Positions 39,137-49,707 are shown, counted from the first letter of the stretch. The stretch: DNA of 64,000 bases from Candidatus Aenigmatarchaeota archaeon (GCA_963726265.1 CAVSBQ010000002.1:672001-736000), one strand, 5' to 3'. The notes: generated by a model from the letters alone, not told the origin. Made by a program: numbers and translations.

Positions 39137-40390
39137 TTACTTGTATTCCGATTTTCTGCTGTATTCGGACTTGAAGGCGTATTCGCTTTTGATGGCATAT
39201 TCCCCCTCAATGCCATCGGTTCTTGACATGTCCACGGCATACCCTTCGCTCTTCGCATAATCCTTTTCAAGCGGTTTTTTGATCTCCGCCTCCCAGCTTT
39301 CGAAGGCGCTCGGCCACTTGGACTGCGTGGTTGTGGACGTGGCGAACCTCCAGATCTCGTTGCCTTCAAGGTCAAGGCAGTAAAGGTGGCAGTCCCACGA
39401 AGTGAAATACACGCGCTCTTTCCATACGGCAGGCCACCAGAAGACGTCGCCGCCAGTCTTGAAGCGCCATTTTTCCTTGCCTTTCAGATCAAGGCAGTAA
39501 AGGTTCCCGTCTCCTGAGCCGACATACATCCTGTCTTTGTATATAAATGGAAGCGCCACAACCTCCCCTGTCTTGAATCTCCACACTTCTTCACCTTCAG
39601 GGTTGAGGGCGAAAAGTATGCCCTCTCTGGAATGCTGATAAAGAACATCGTTGTATATGTAAGGGCCTGCAGCTATGCCGTATTTACCGGCTTTGAACCT
39701 CCAGAGCTCCTTCCCCGTCTTGCAATTGACGGCATAAACAAAACTATCGATGGAAGGGATGAATATGATGCCTTTGTAAACAGTTCCCGGATAAACATTG
39801 TATACCTCTCCGCCAGTCCTGAAGCGCCAGAGTTCTTTTCCGGTTTTCGCATCCAAACAATAGTAGTTGCCGTCAAATGAGCCTATGTATACCCTTCCTT
39901 CGTGGACAAGCGGCGTCGAGGCGACCCAGTCGCCAGTCCTGAGCCTCCAGAGAACGGAAGCGTCTTTCTTTCTCAGGCAGTAAACAACGCAATCCTTCGA
40001 GCCAAAATAAACTGAGTCGCCATCCACGGTCGCGCATCCGAGTATCTCACCGCCGCTCCTGAACTTCCATATCTCTTCGCCGTTGCGTATGTCTATCGCA
40101 TAGAGGTTGTGGTCAAAGGAGCCTATATACATCACGGTTCCGTCTATGGTCGGCGACGACTCCATTATGGGGCCGTTTGCCTTGAACCTCCAGACCTCCC
40201 TGCCCGTCGCGGCGTCGACTGCGTACACGTGATGGTCAACCGCACCGAAATAAACTATGCCGCCGACTATCTCGAGTTTCTGGTCTATGCTGCCGCCGAA
40301 GCCTATGCGGAAGACGCGGTCGAATTTCTTGGCCTTTTTCACTTCTATGTCTTCAAGCTCCATGCTGAAGTCGTCAAAGCCGAAACTCAT
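39137..40390 (-). CDS. PQQ-like (BamB-type) beta-propeller repeat protein
   Basis: About 8 repeats of vYiGS.D..lYclD..tGke.WrF.tG; no signal peptide. Confidence 0.88.
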   Translation of the reverse strand: MSFGFDDFSMELEDIEVKKAKKFDRVFRIGFGGSIDQKLEIVGGIVYFGAVDHHVYAVDAATGREVWRFKANGPIMESSPTIDGTVMYIGSFDHNLYAIDIRNGEEIWKFRSGGEILGCATVDGDSVYFGSKDCVVYCLRKKDASVLWRLRTGDWVASTPLVHEGRVYIGSFDGNYYCLDAKTGKELWRFRTGGEVYNVYPGTVYKGIIFIPSIDSFVYAVNCKTGKELWRFKAGKYGIAAGPYIYNDVLYQHSREGILFALNPEGEEVWRFKTGEVVALPFIYKDRMYVGSGDGNLYCLDLKGKEKWRFKTGGDVFWWPAVWKERVYFTSWDCHLYCLDLEGNEIWRFATSTTTQSKWPSAFESWEAEIKKPLEKDYAKSEGYAVDMSRTDGIEGEYAIKSEYAFKSEYSRKSEYK

Positions 40391-40446
40391 GATATATAAT
40401 GAGAAAAATAAATACTAAAAGAGCATATTATTAGCGGGGTGCTGGC

Positions 40447-41127
40447 ATGCGCATAGTTTTCAAGATAGGCGGTTCGATAATCTGCCCGAAAGGCGTTCCT
40501 GATCTGGCTTATATCAAAAGGCTTTCCAGGTTCCTGCTGGAGCTGAAAAGGAAAAACAGGATAATAATCGTCGTGGGCGGCGGCAAGATGGCAAAGGACT
40601 ACATAAGGTCAGCCAGGACGCTGAAGCCTTCTGAAAACCTCCTAGACAGCATGGGCATACTCGGCTCAAGGATGAACGCCATGGTCATCATGGCATCGCT
40701 TGGCAGGCAGGCGTATCCGAAGGTCGTCAAAAACAGGGAAGAGCTTGAACACGGGATTTCAACGGGCAAGATAGTCGTTCTAGGCGGCACGGTGCCCGGC
40801 CAGACGACCAGCGCCGTCGCAGTCGCTGCAGCGCAATTTTTCAGGTCCGACATGCTCGTCATAGGCACGAACGTGAAAGGCATATTCACAAAAGACCCGA
40901 AAACGCATCGCAACGCCAGAATGCTGCCCAGGATAAAATCCAAGGATCTTTACAACATGGTCATGGTCAGGAAGCACATGGCAGGTCCTATGACTGTTAT
41001 GGACCCGGTCGCGGCGAGGCTTCTGGAGCGCTCAAAAATAAAGGCGGTCCTGCTCGACGGCCGCAACCTGGCGAACATGAAAAAGGCGATAATGCGCAGG
41101 AATTTTGTGGGAACCATCATAGAGTAG
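40447..41127 (+). CDS. pyrH: UMP kinase
   Basis: VFKIGGS, VVGGG, GGTVPGQTT, TNVKGIFTKDP. Confidence 0.92.
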   Translation: MRIVFKIGGSIICPKGVPDLAYIKRLSRFLLELKRKNRIIIVVGGGKMAKDYIRSARTLKPSENLLDSMGILGSRMNAMVIMASLGRQAYPKVVKNREELEHGISTGKIVVLGGTVPGQTTSAVAVAAAQFFRSDMLVIGTNVKGIFTKDPKTHRNARMLPRIKSKDLYNMVMVRKHMAGPMTVMDPVAARLLERSKIKAVLLDGRNLANMKKAIMRRNFVGTIIE

Positions 41128-41157
41128 ATGTTTTGAAGGAAGAACGGCCGATTCAAC

Positions 41158-41469
41158 ATGTATGTCGTTGTTATGATAACTTGCCCTGGCGCGGAAGAAG
41201 GCAATAAGATAGCGGATATTTTGCTTAAGGAGCGCCTGGCCGCCTGCGTCAACATAATCCCCGGCATGAAATCGAAGTTCTGGTGGAGCGGCAAAATACA
41301 TGCCGCCGATGAGGCGCTGCTGGTCGTGAAGACGAAGAAAAGCGTCCTGGGCAGGCTGATAAAAAGGGTCAAGACCGTCCACCAATATACGAACCCCGAG
41401 ATAATCGCGCTCCCCATCATAGGCGGCTCGAAAGAATTTACGGAGTGGATAGAAGATGAGACGAGATGA
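41158..41469 (+). CDS. cutA: Divalent-cation tolerance protein CutA
   Basis: RLAACVNI, WWSGKI, HQYTNPEII. Confidence 0.93.
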   Translation: MYVVVMITCPGAEEGNKIADILLKERLAACVNIIPGMKSKFWWSGKIHAADEALLVVKTKKSVLGRLIKRVKTVHQYTNPEIIALPIIGGSKEFTEWIEDETR

Positions 41470-42226
41470 GACTTCCGGGTTCCTGGAATTCGCAAAAGGA
41501 ACGGCAAACAACGCCGGCAAAATCCTTATGGCGCATTTTGCGAAGGGCATCAGGTTCAAAAAGAAAAGCGACGGCTCTCTGGTCACGCCCGCCGACATGG
41601 CATCTGACAGCTACATAAGAGCAGCGCTAAGCAAAAAATATCCGGGCCACGCGGTGCTGGCTGAAGAGTCCGGCCTTTCCGGAGGCGGGTCGGAATACAT
41701 GTGGCTTGTCGATCCCCTTGACGGAACGCATGACTACGTTTTCGGCATCCCTCTTTTCGGAGTTTCTATCGCCCTTTACAGAAATGAAAAGCCGCTGGTA
41801 GGCGTCATTTACCTCCCCTTTTACAAGCGCATGTATTATGCCGCCAGGGGCGGCGGCGCGTTCATGAACGGCAATAAAATCAGGGTTTCAAAAGAGCGCG
41901 AAGAGCAGCTCCTGCTTTACGATTCCTATTTCAAGGGCAAGAAGGCGACGCAGCTATCCAGCATAGGAAAACTGGCGGATGCAACAAGCCACATACGCAT
42001 TATAGGCTCCTCCGTTGTGAATTTTGCATGGGTCGCTTCGGGCGTCGCTGACGCGTATGTCGAGAGGACAATCTACCCCTATGACATAGCAGCCGGATGC
42101 CTTATCGTGGAGGAGGCGGGCGGGAAGGTGACCGAAATAAGCGGCGCGCCGTGGCATCTCAGGTCGGACAACCTCATAGCGTCAAACGGCAGGGTGCACG
42201 GCAGGCTTGTCGAGCTTCTCAGATAG
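41456..42226 (+). CDS. suhB: Inositol monophosphatase / FBPase family
   Basis: LAEE, WLVDPLDGT, YDIAAG.LIVEEAGG. Confidence 0.9.
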   Translation: MRRDETSGFLEFAKGTANNAGKILMAHFAKGIRFKKKSDGSLVTPADMASDSYIRAALSKKYPGHAVLAEESGLSGGGSEYMWLVDPLDGTHDYVFGIPLFGVSIALYRNEKPLVGVIYLPFYKRMYYAARGGGAFMNGNKIRVSKEREEQLLLYDSYFKGKKATQLSSIGKLADATSHIRIIGSSVVNFAWVASGVADAYVERTIYPYDIAAGCLIVEEAGGKVTEISGAPWHLRSDNLIASNGRVHGRLVELLR

Positions 42227-42602
42227 CCCTTTCGCTCTCGAGATATTTCTGGTACATGCCGTCGACCGTCCTCCGGTTGACGTATTGCCTGTGGTGGCGG
42301 AAGCCGCCGCCGAACGCCTCGGGAATGTGCATGAGCTCGTGGATGATCGTCTTTGTCCGCTCCTCCTCGGGCAGCCTGTCGAATTGCTCGGTTATCACTT
42401 CTATGACATACTGCGTCGGTATGCCCAGCGCGCTCTGCATGATGCGAGGAAGGACGTGAATCCTGGCCAGCGTGCGCCTGCTCTGCGAGCCGGAGGAGCG
42501 CATGAACCATACCCTTGACAAATCCACGTGGCTCATCTTCAGCTTTCCAACGATTTCCCTCGCCCTCTTGTCTATGTCAGGCGCGCGTTCGTATGTTATC
42601 AT
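42219..42602 (-). CDS. Small putative zinc metallopeptidase (HExxH)
   Basis: IIHELMHIP..FGGGFRHH. Confidence 0.75.
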   Translation of the reverse strand: MITYERAPDIDKRAREIVGKLKMSHVDLSRVWFMRSSGSQSRRTLARIHVLPRIMQSALGIPTQYVIEVITEQFDRLPEEERTKTIIHELMHIPEAFGGGFRHHRQYVNRRTVDGMYQKYLESERAI

Positions 42603-42632
42603 AATTTAAAATAGGGAACAGAAATTAAGAAT

Positions 42633-44324
42633 ATGAGCTTCAGCGAATTCAGGCAGGAAGTCATCGGCTCGCTGGCGAAGGAAACCGGCCTCAAGGCAGA
42701 AGACATCGCTCTGGAGAAGCCGCCTGAAGACATGGGCGACCTCGCCTTTCCGTGCTTCACGCTATCCAAAAAGTTCAGGAAGGCGCCAGATGCGATAGCG
42801 AAGGAGATAGCCGGGAAAATAAAACCGCACGGCCTGATAGCGAAAATAGAGCAGAAAGGCGGCTACCTCAACTTCTTCGCCAACTGGGACAGGCTTGGCC
42901 AGGAGATTGTCGAAACCGCGCTGAAGGAAAAGGACAGCTTCGGACGCGGGAATGCGACAGAGAAGGTCATGGTCGAATACTGCCATTTCAACACGCATAA
43001 AGCCGTCCACATAGGCCACATACGCACCGCATGTCTCGGCGAGTCGCTTTCCAGGCTACTCGAGTTTTCCGGTTATAAAGTCATGCGCGTTAACTACCAG
43101 GGAGACATAGGCCCGCATGTCGCGAGATGCGTGTGGGGTTTCCTCAAGCTGCATAACGGCAAGGCGCCCAAAGAGGGAAGAGGCAAATGGCTCGGCACGG
43201 TTTACGCGGAGGCGAGCAAAAAGATAAAGGACAATGATGAGCTGGAGCAGGAAGCGGACGCGATAAACAGGAAGATATACGCCGGCGACCACGAGCTGGC
43301 GAAGACATGGAAGGAGACGAGGCAGTGGAGCCTTGATTATTTTGACACGGTTTACAGGAGCTTCGGCATAAAGTTCGACCGCTTCTATTTCGAGAGCGAG
43401 GCCGAGAAGCCTGGGACGGAAATCGCGAAAAGGCTGCTCAAAAACGGCGTCGCGAAGGAGAGCGAAGGCGCGGTTCTCATCGACCTGGAGCAATACGGCC
43501 TCGGCATTTACATCCTGCTCAAGTCCGACGGCACGCCGCTCTACTCGGCTAAGGACCTCGGCCTCGCGGAGCTCAAGCTCAAGGAATACAGGATAGACAG
43601 GTCCATCCACGTCGTCGGCTCAGAGCAGAAGATGTATTTCCAGCAGCTGTTCAAGACGTTCGAGCTGATGGGCTCACCGCTTTCGGGCAAGAGCCATCAT
43701 CTGTGTTATGAACTCGTCAACCTCCCGACAGGCAAGATGGCTTCGAGGGAAGGCTTGGTGATACTTTACGAAGATGTCCTCGACGAACTCGAAAAGCATG
43801 CGCAAGAGGAGACGCATAAAAGGAACGAGAAAATGGACGCAGAAAAGATAGAGAATATAGCGAAGACCATAGCCCTCGCCTCGCTGAAATACGACATGCT
43901 CAAGACTTCGCCCAGCAAGACCATAATCTTCGATTGGAAGAGCGCTCTGGATTTCGAGGGCAATGCGGCGCCGTATCTTCTATACACGTATGCCCGCGCA
44001 TGCTCCATACTGAGAAACGCGGAGACGAAAGCGACGGCGTATGACATGTCTCTTCTGAAAGAACCGCACGAGAGGGAGCTTATGAGAATGATATCCGAAT
44101 TCCCCGGGGCCGTGAGGAAGGCGGCGGAAGACATGAGGCCCCACTACATTGCGAATTTCTGCTACGGGATTGCGACGAAGTTCAACGAGTTCTACCAGTT
44201 CGTTCCCGTGCTGAAGGCCGAGGAGGCGATGCGCTCGGCCAGGCTCGCGCTCGTGGAGGCGGTCGCCGCGGTTTTGAAGAACGCGCTCAGGCTGCTAGGC
44301 ATGGAGGCGCTGGACAGGATGTAA
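42633..44324 (+). CDS. argS: Arginine-tRNA ligase
   Basis: HIGH (VHIGH), KMASREG, FEGNAAPYLLY, DALR-type C-terminus ending DRM. Confidence 0.97.
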   Translation: MSFSEFRQEVIGSLAKETGLKAEDIALEKPPEDMGDLAFPCFTLSKKFRKAPDAIAKEIAGKIKPHGLIAKIEQKGGYLNFFANWDRLGQEIVETALKEKDSFGRGNATEKVMVEYCHFNTHKAVHIGHIRTACLGESLSRLLEFSGYKVMRVNYQGDIGPHVARCVWGFLKLHNGKAPKEGRGKWLGTVYAEASKKIKDNDELEQEADAINRKIYAGDHELAKTWKETRQWSLDYFDTVYRSFGIKFDRFYFESEAEKPGTEIAKRLLKNGVAKESEGAVLIDLEQYGLGIYILLKSDGTPLYSAKDLGLAELKLKEYRIDRSIHVVGSEQKMYFQQLFKTFELMGSPLSGKSHHLCYELVNLPTGKMASREGLVILYEDVLDELEKHAQEETHKRNEKMDAEKIENIAKTIALASLKYDMLKTSPSKTIIFDWKSALDFEGNAAPYLLYTYARACSILRNAETKATAYDMSLLKEPHERELMRMISEFPGAVRKAAEDMRPHYIANFCYGIATKFNEFYQFVPVLKAEEAMRSARLALVEAVAAVLKNALRLLGMEALDRM

Positions 44325-44360
44325 AATTTTTTTATTAACGGGCAAGGATAATTAATTATC

Positions 44361-45179
44361 ATGAGGCATCTGATTCCAATCATGCTGGTATTTTCCCTGA
44401 TATTTATTTCAGGCTGCGTCTCCATAGGTGACCAGCCTGCCGTCGGGTGCACCAGCCCGGAAAAGGCGATAAACGGCACATGCTGCTTCGACAACGACGA
44501 CAACGGCATATGCGACATAAACGAGAGGTCATGCCCCGCCTCGTGCGACGATGCGAAAGTGTGCACAAGGGATCACTGCTCGCTCCAGACGAACTTTGAA
44601 TGCGCGCACGACATCATAAGGCCTTGCTGCGGCAACGGCGAATGCGATACCGTCGAGGACAACGCGAATGAATGCCCGCAGGACTGCACGGTCATAACCA
44701 TGACGGATTTCCTACACTTTTACAGCGGGCCCGATTACATGGATAATGACACCTTCGTTTTCATCCACACCGGCAGCAACGAGACGGACAAGAAGCCGGA
44801 CTTCTATCTCAACATAACCGCGACCAAGGTTCCGCTGCGCAATATACGCGCGACTTACAACTGCACGGACTCCGCGACCGGCCACAAACAGGACAGCATA
44901 ACCGTCGACCGCGTCGAGGTAGTCGAGGGCTTCCCGGAGTTCGGCTACGAGAATATGTTCAACAGCGTGGATTACACGATTTACTCGTCATTCTATTCCA
45001 AGGAACTCAGGACGAAGATAGACGTAAGCCTGCTGGAGATAGGCAAGACGGTCGAGTTCCGCATGAGGATATTCAACAAGAACTACAAGGTGAGGACCAA
45101 GCTGACCTGCGACTTCGACTTCTACTTCCTCGAGCCGCTCAAGCACGTCAAGAAGAAGCTGAAGATTTCTTACATCTAG
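44361..45179 (+). CDS. Cys-rich secreted or lipoprotein
   Basis: Lipobox-like FISGC; CCFDNDDNGICD and CCGNGEC..CPQDC modules. Confidence 0.7.
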   Translation: MRHLIPIMLVFSLIFISGCVSIGDQPAVGCTSPEKAINGTCCFDNDDNGICDINERSCPASCDDAKVCTRDHCSLQTNFECAHDIIRPCCGNGECDTVEDNANECPQDCTVITMTDFLHFYSGPDYMDNDTFVFIHTGSNETDKKPDFYLNITATKVPLRNIRATYNCTDSATGHKQDSITVDRVEVVEGFPEFGYENMFNSVDYTIYSSFYSKELRTKIDVSLLEIGKTVEFRMRIFNKNYKVRTKLTCDFDFYFLEPLKHVKKKLKISYI

Positions 45180-45220
45180 CCAATAATAAATTTTTTTAAA
45201 GGCGAAAACAATTAGGAATC

Positions 45221-46027
45221 ATGCTCAGAAGGGCGATAGTCGCCGGGATGTTTTATCCGCTCGCGAGAGAAGAGCTGGAGCGCATGCTTTCGAGGCTTTT
45301 TGACGGCGCCAGAAGCAACAGGTTCACCTGCGTCGTTTCGCCACATGCAGGTTACGAGTATTCGGGCAGGACGGCGGCTTGCGCGATTGCCTCGCTCAAA
45401 CCAGCGAAAACGTTCGTCATACTAGGGCCGAACCACAACGCCCTCGGCCCGGAATTTTCGATAATGGGCTCCGGCAGATGGGAAACGCCGCTTGGAGCGG
45501 TCGAAATCGATTCCGCTCTGGCGAAGGAGATTAAAAAATGCGCAGTCGTCGAGGAAGATGACCTCGCCCACATGCACGAGCATTCCATCGAGGTCCAGCT
45601 GCCATTCCTCCAGTACCGCTTCAAGGAATTCAGGTTCGTCCCCATAAGCATAGCCAATGCCGACTACTTCGAAGCTTTCATGGAGAAATGCATGGAGCTT
45701 GGTCAGCACATAGCCAGAACGATAAAGAACAGGGACGCGTGCGTCATCGCGTCGTCGGATTTCTCGCATTACCTGCCGGCGGAGGTCGCGGCCTCGAAGG
45801 ATGCGAAGGCAGTGGACAAAATAGAAAAGCTCGACGTCGCCGGTTTCTTCAGGACGCTCGAAAGGAACGACGCGTCAGTATGCGGCTACGGCCCGATTGC
45901 CGTCGCGATGAGCGTGGCGAAAGCGCTTGGCCTGAAGAAAGCGAAGGTCATAAATCACACGAATTCAGGGGACGCAACGGGCGATTTTTCTTCCGTGGTT
46001 GCATATTACGCGATAGGCTTCGAATGA
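45221..46027 (+). CDS. MEMO1 / AmmeMemoRadiSam protein B
   Basis: VAGMFYP, PHAGYEYSG, EHSIEVQLPFLQ, ASSDFSHY, VCGYGP. Confidence 0.93.
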   Translation: MLRRAIVAGMFYPLAREELERMLSRLFDGARSNRFTCVVSPHAGYEYSGRTAACAIASLKPAKTFVILGPNHNALGPEFSIMGSGRWETPLGAVEIDSALAKEIKKCAVVEEDDLAHMHEHSIEVQLPFLQYRFKEFRFVPISIANADYFEAFMEKCMELGQHIARTIKNRDACVIASSDFSHYLPAEVAASKDAKAVDKIEKLDVAGFFRTLERNDASVCGYGPIAVAMSVAKALGLKKAKVINHTNSGDATGDFSSVVAYYAIGFE

Positions 46028-46037
46028 GAAACAAGCG

Positions 46038-46448
46038 CTAGGTCTTTCTCAGCGGCGTATGCGGGGACTCGTCCGAAAGGAAAAGTTTTTTGGGATTGGG
46101 ATGATTTCTGACCTCGACGCCCAGCATCTCCGAGAGTTCGCGCTCGAACAGGTTCGCTCCGGGATATATTTTGGTTATGCTCTCGACGACGGGGTTCTTC
46201 CTGTCCAGCGAGATGCGTATGTTCAGCGTTTTTTTATTGTGGATGAAGTGGTATATGACCTCTATGTTTTTTCCCGTGTCGACGCCGGTTATCGATGATA
46301 TGCGGTCGAGGCCGATCGCTTTCAGATGCCTCAGCTCCGAGAGAAGCTCCGCCTTTCCCATCTCCATCCAGACATTTTCGCCCTCGATTTTCAGCCTGAA
46401 TTTTTTGATATAATTTTCAACGTGCATTGGCATTCTCCCTAGTCGCAT
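46038..46448 (-). CDS. NuoC/MbhK-like subunit
   Basis: ITGVD..IEVIYHF, SITKIYPGANLFERELSEMLGV...HP. Confidence 0.85.
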   Translation of the reverse strand: MRLGRMPMHVENYIKKFRLKIEGENVWMEMGKAELLSELRHLKAIGLDRISSITGVDTGKNIEVIYHFIHNKKTLNIRISLDRKNPVVESITKIYPGANLFERELSEMLGVEVRNHPNPKKLFLSDESPHTPLRKT

Positions 46449-46477
46449 TTATTCCTTGACTTCGCAGTCCCTTGATT

Positions 46478-46951
46478 TTACATCTTCTCCATTACCTTTA
46501 CAATCCCTTCTATCAGCGCCTCCGGCTTTGGCGGGCAGCCGGGCACGTAAACGTCGACAGGTATGATTTTATCGAGCGGGCCTGCAAGATTATAGCTGTC
46601 GTAAAAGACGCCGTTCGATATCGGGCATGCACCGAAGGCGATGACGTATTTCGGCTCCGGCATCTGCTGGTATATCGCAAGCAGCCGCTCCTTCATCTTC
46701 GCGTTCACCGGCCCTTCCACGACCAGAATGTCGGCATGGCGCGGCGAGCCCTTCGCGACTATGCCGAAGCGCTCGACGTCGTGTTTCGGAGTCAGCGCAG
46801 CGAGTATCTCGATGGCGCAGCCGTTGCAGCCCGAGCAGCCGAGATGCAGGATCCAGGGCGACTTTTTCCTGAAATAGCCTGCTATTTTATTGCTTAAAGA
46901 TTTTTTTATCTTCGCCCTTTTTGCGATTATATCAGGTTCGATTTTCAGCAT
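46478..46951 (-). CDS. NuoB/MbhJ-like Fe-S small subunit
   Basis: GCNGCAIE, SPRHADIL, FGACP, VPGCPPKPEA. Start moved to the ATG at 46951. Confidence 0.9.
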   Translation of the reverse strand: MLKIEPDIIAKRAKIKKSLSNKIAGYFRKKSPWILHLGCSGCNGCAIEILAALTPKHDVERFGIVAKGSPRHADILVVEGPVNAKMKERLLAIYQQMPEPKYVIAFGACPISNGVFYDSYNLAGPLDKIIPVDVYVPGCPPKPEALIEGIVKVMEKM

Positions 46952-46959
46952 TTCTTCCT

Positions 46960-47257
46960 TCACAGCATCATCACCATAAGCAAGACGAAAATGAAACCCG
47001 CCATCATCCACAGCAGGTAATCAGAAAGCTTTCCAGTATGTATTTTCTGGATATCCTCGATGCCGAGGTTCTTCCTTATTGCCTGGTATAGGTTGTCCGG
47101 CCCCACGCTGACCTTGGGGAACGGCTCGCCGCAGGTATACGTGTCATATTTCCTATTCCTCGGGCCTGGCCTTCCTGCTGCCCAGTGAATATATGAGCAG
47201 CCCCAGGCCGATGAAGCCGGCGAAAGTCAAAATGAAGAGCGACCAGTATTCGAACAT
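46960..47257 (-). CDS. MbhI-like small membrane subunit, frameshifted near 47162
   Basis: MFEYWSLF..TM joins, after removing one C, to KYDTYTCGE..HTGKLSDYLLW..TM; not in the ORF track. Confidence 0.7.
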
Positions 47258-47266
47258 GCCATCCCC

Positions 47267-48670
47267 TTAGCCGCCTCCCAGGACGGCAGTTATATATTGA
47301 TTCTGATTTAATAAAGCGTCTACCGCTGGCTTGACGATAGCCATTCCCAGTTGCGGGAAAACGCCTATCACCACGCACAATACCGTCAGGATTATCACGG
47401 GCAATAGCATGGTCGCGGGGATTTTTCCCTCGGTCTTTTTCTGTGCAAGGAACACGGACGAGAATATTTTCAGGCCATACGCCAGCGTTATCGCGGACGC
47501 CGTTATGGCCAGGATGGTGAGCAGGGGGTTTACCTCCCACGTGGCCATGAAGATGAGCCATTTCGAGACGAAGCCGTTCAAAGGAGGGACGCCTGCCATC
47601 GACAGCACGCCCACGCCTGTGCACACCAGCAGCGTGCGATTGCGCACTCCCATTTCATCGAGGTTTTCCTTTCCCGTTATGTAGATTACGCATCCGATCG
47701 CCATGAACAGCAGGCCTTTTATCAGCGCGTTGTTGAGGATGTGGTAAAGCCCTGCCTCGTAACCAGCGTATGTTCCGAGGCCTATCGCCATCACGATATA
47801 GCCTACCTGCGATATGCCTGAATACGCGAGCATGCGCTTGACGTTGACCTGAACGAGCGCCAGCAATGCGCCGGCGAGCATAGTTATGACGCCTAGGATT
47901 ATCAGCATGATATTCAGCTGGAGCATGCCGAACACGAAGAGCAGCCTCAGGATGCCGTAAACACCGATCGCCGCCGTCACGGTCGAAAAGAGCGCTCCCA
48001 TGGGTATTGGCGTCCCTTCTATCGCATCGGGCTTCCACATGTGGAACGGCATTATTGCAGCCTTCAGGCTGAAGCCGCCTATTATCAGGCCCAGCGCTAT
48101 CATGAATTCGCGCGAGTGCGAAACGCGAAGCGCGAGGTCGGCGAAGTTCAGCGTCCCCGTGAGGCCGTAAAGTATGGCTATCCCCAGCAGGAGCAGCGAG
48201 CTGCCTAGCGAGCCCATGACGAGATATTTGAACGCGCCTTCTATCGCGTTCTTATCAAGGAAAAAGGCCACGAGCCCGTAAGATGATATCGAGAGGATTT
48301 CGAAGAAGACATACATGTTGAAGATGTCGCCCGTCAGGCACACGCCGAGCAATCCCGCCGTCATCAGACAGAGCAGCGTGTAGAACCTGTGCCTCCTGTC
48401 CTTTATGCATTTTATCGAATATATCGCGACCAGCGACGCCATGCCCGTTATTATGAGGCCGATGAAGGCGTTGAGCCTGTCGACCTCCCAAACGATGCCG
48501 AAGGGCGGCATCCATCCCCCGTACCTGACCACCGCTATGCCGCTCTGGAAGAACAGCGTGGTGAGCAAAAAGAAGGAAAGCAGTATCGCCGCTACCGCTA
48601 TGAAATCCCTCCTGATGGTCAGCATCAGGAAGGCCGAAACTATCAGTATCGTTATAAGATATTCAAGCAT
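47267..48670 (-). CDS. MrpD/MbhH-like proton-translocating subunit
   Basis: GGWMPPFGI, TGDIFNMYVFFEI, EGAFKY, KAAIMPFHMWKPDA, GVPPLNGFVSK. Confidence 0.93.
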   Translation of the reverse strand: MLEYLITILIVSAFLMLTIRRDFIAVAAILLSFFLLTTLFFQSGIAVVRYGGWMPPFGIVWEVDRLNAFIGLIITGMASLVAIYSIKCIKDRRHRFYTLLCLMTAGLLGVCLTGDIFNMYVFFEILSISSYGLVAFFLDKNAIEGAFKYLVMGSLGSSLLLLGIAILYGLTGTLNFADLALRVSHSREFMIALGLIIGGFSLKAAIMPFHMWKPDAIEGTPIPMGALFSTVTAAIGVYGILRLLFVFGMLQLNIMLIILGVITMLAGALLALVQVNVKRMLAYSGISQVGYIVMAIGLGTYAGYEAGLYHILNNALIKGLLFMAIGCVIYITGKENLDEMGVRNRTLLVCTGVGVLSMAGVPPLNGFVSKWLIFMATWEVNPLLTILAITASAITLAYGLKIFSSVFLAQKKTEGKIPATMLLPVIILTVLCVVIGVFPQLGMAIVKPAVDALLNQNQYITAVLGGG

Positions 48671-48672
48671 TT

Positions 48673-49032
48673 CTAACCCCTCAGCCTGCTCATCTTTTCC
48701 GTGTCCAGCGTCCTGAAGTGGCGGAAGGCGAGTATGGCTATGCTCAGGCCCAGCGCGGTGACGCTAAGCTGGATGACTATCGACGTGAGGACCAGCGCCT
48801 GCGGCAGCGGGTCGACTGCGGCGGCTGCGAAGAAGCCGACGTTTTCCGGGATTATTATAGGCGCGATGCCGCCTTCCTTGAAGCCGATGGATATCAGCAT
48901 CAGGTGGATGAAATTCGTGAATATGCCCAGGCCTATCAGCTTCTTGACAAGGTTCCTTTTGGCAGTCACGCAGTATATGCCCATGACGGCGAGGACAGCA
49001 CCGGTTACGAAGGTTTCCAGCATCATTATCAC
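48673..49032 (-). CDS. MrpC/MbhG-like subunit
   Basis: NLVKKLIGL, DPLPQALVLTSIVI. Confidence 0.92.
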   Translation of the reverse strand: MIMMLETFVTGAVLAVMGIYCVTAKRNLVKKLIGLGIFTNFIHLMLISIGFKEGGIAPIIIPENVGFFAAAAVDPLPQALVLTSIVIQLSVTALGLSIAILAFRHFRTLDTEKMSRLRG

Positions 49033-49428
49033 TTATTCCCTGATCACCAGGAACACGACGAGTATGAGCGCCGACATCACCATGAGGCCCCCGGCGACGT
49101 TGAGCGACAGCACGGTCGGCGAGCTCCAGAGGTTGAAAAACTGGCCGGTAAGGCCGACGTATTTCCTTATGAAGGATTCGTAAAGTATAAGCCCCGCGAG
49201 CATGAGCGCCACCAGGCCTTCTATTATGTGCGTAGTCTCCTCGCTTATCAGCTTCTCGGCGGTTTTCAGGCCGAAGGCGACCGCGACCAGGGCGAAGCCC
49301 GAGGCGACCACCGCCCCACCGGGGAACGAGCCGCCGGGTGTGAGATGGCCGTGGAAGATGATGGAAAAGCCCAGCAGCAGGATGAAGGGGAAGATGCCCT
49401 TTATAACGGTCCTTATTATGACGTCCAT
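49033..49428 (-). CDS. MrpB/MbhF-like subunit
   Basis: HGHLTPGGSFPGG. Confidence 0.9.
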   Translation of the reverse strand: MDVIIRTVIKGIFPFILLLGFSIIFHGHLTPGGSFPGGAVVASGFALVAVAFGLKTAEKLISEETTHIIEGLVALMLAGLILYESFIRKYVGLTGQFFNLWSSPTVLSLNVAGGLMVMSALILVVFLVIRE

Positions 49429-49707
49429 TCACTTCCTCCTCCTGAAGCCGACGGCCATCAGGGTCAGGATGCCGGCCGTCGCGGTGAACAAAACGGTTTC
49501 CTCGCCCATGGTGTCGAAACCCCTGAAGTCCCAGACTATCGCCGAGACGACGCTGGACGAGCCCGTCTTTTCCAGGCTGTTGTCCATGTAATACCTGGCG
49601 ACATCCTTGTTTCTCCACGCGCTGAATGACGGCAGGGCAAAAACGCCGATTATGAGAATGAAAAACATCAGAAGCATCAGCAGGAGCGCGGCGTTTTTCC
49701 CGTTCAT
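49429..49707 (-). CDS. MbhE-like subunit
   Basis: VVSAIVWDFRGFDTMGEE. Confidence 0.9.
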   Translation of the reverse strand: MNGKNAALLLMLLMFFILIIGVFALPSFSAWRNKDVARYYMDNSLEKTGSSSVVSAIVWDFRGFDTMGEETVLFTATAGILTLMAVGFRRRK

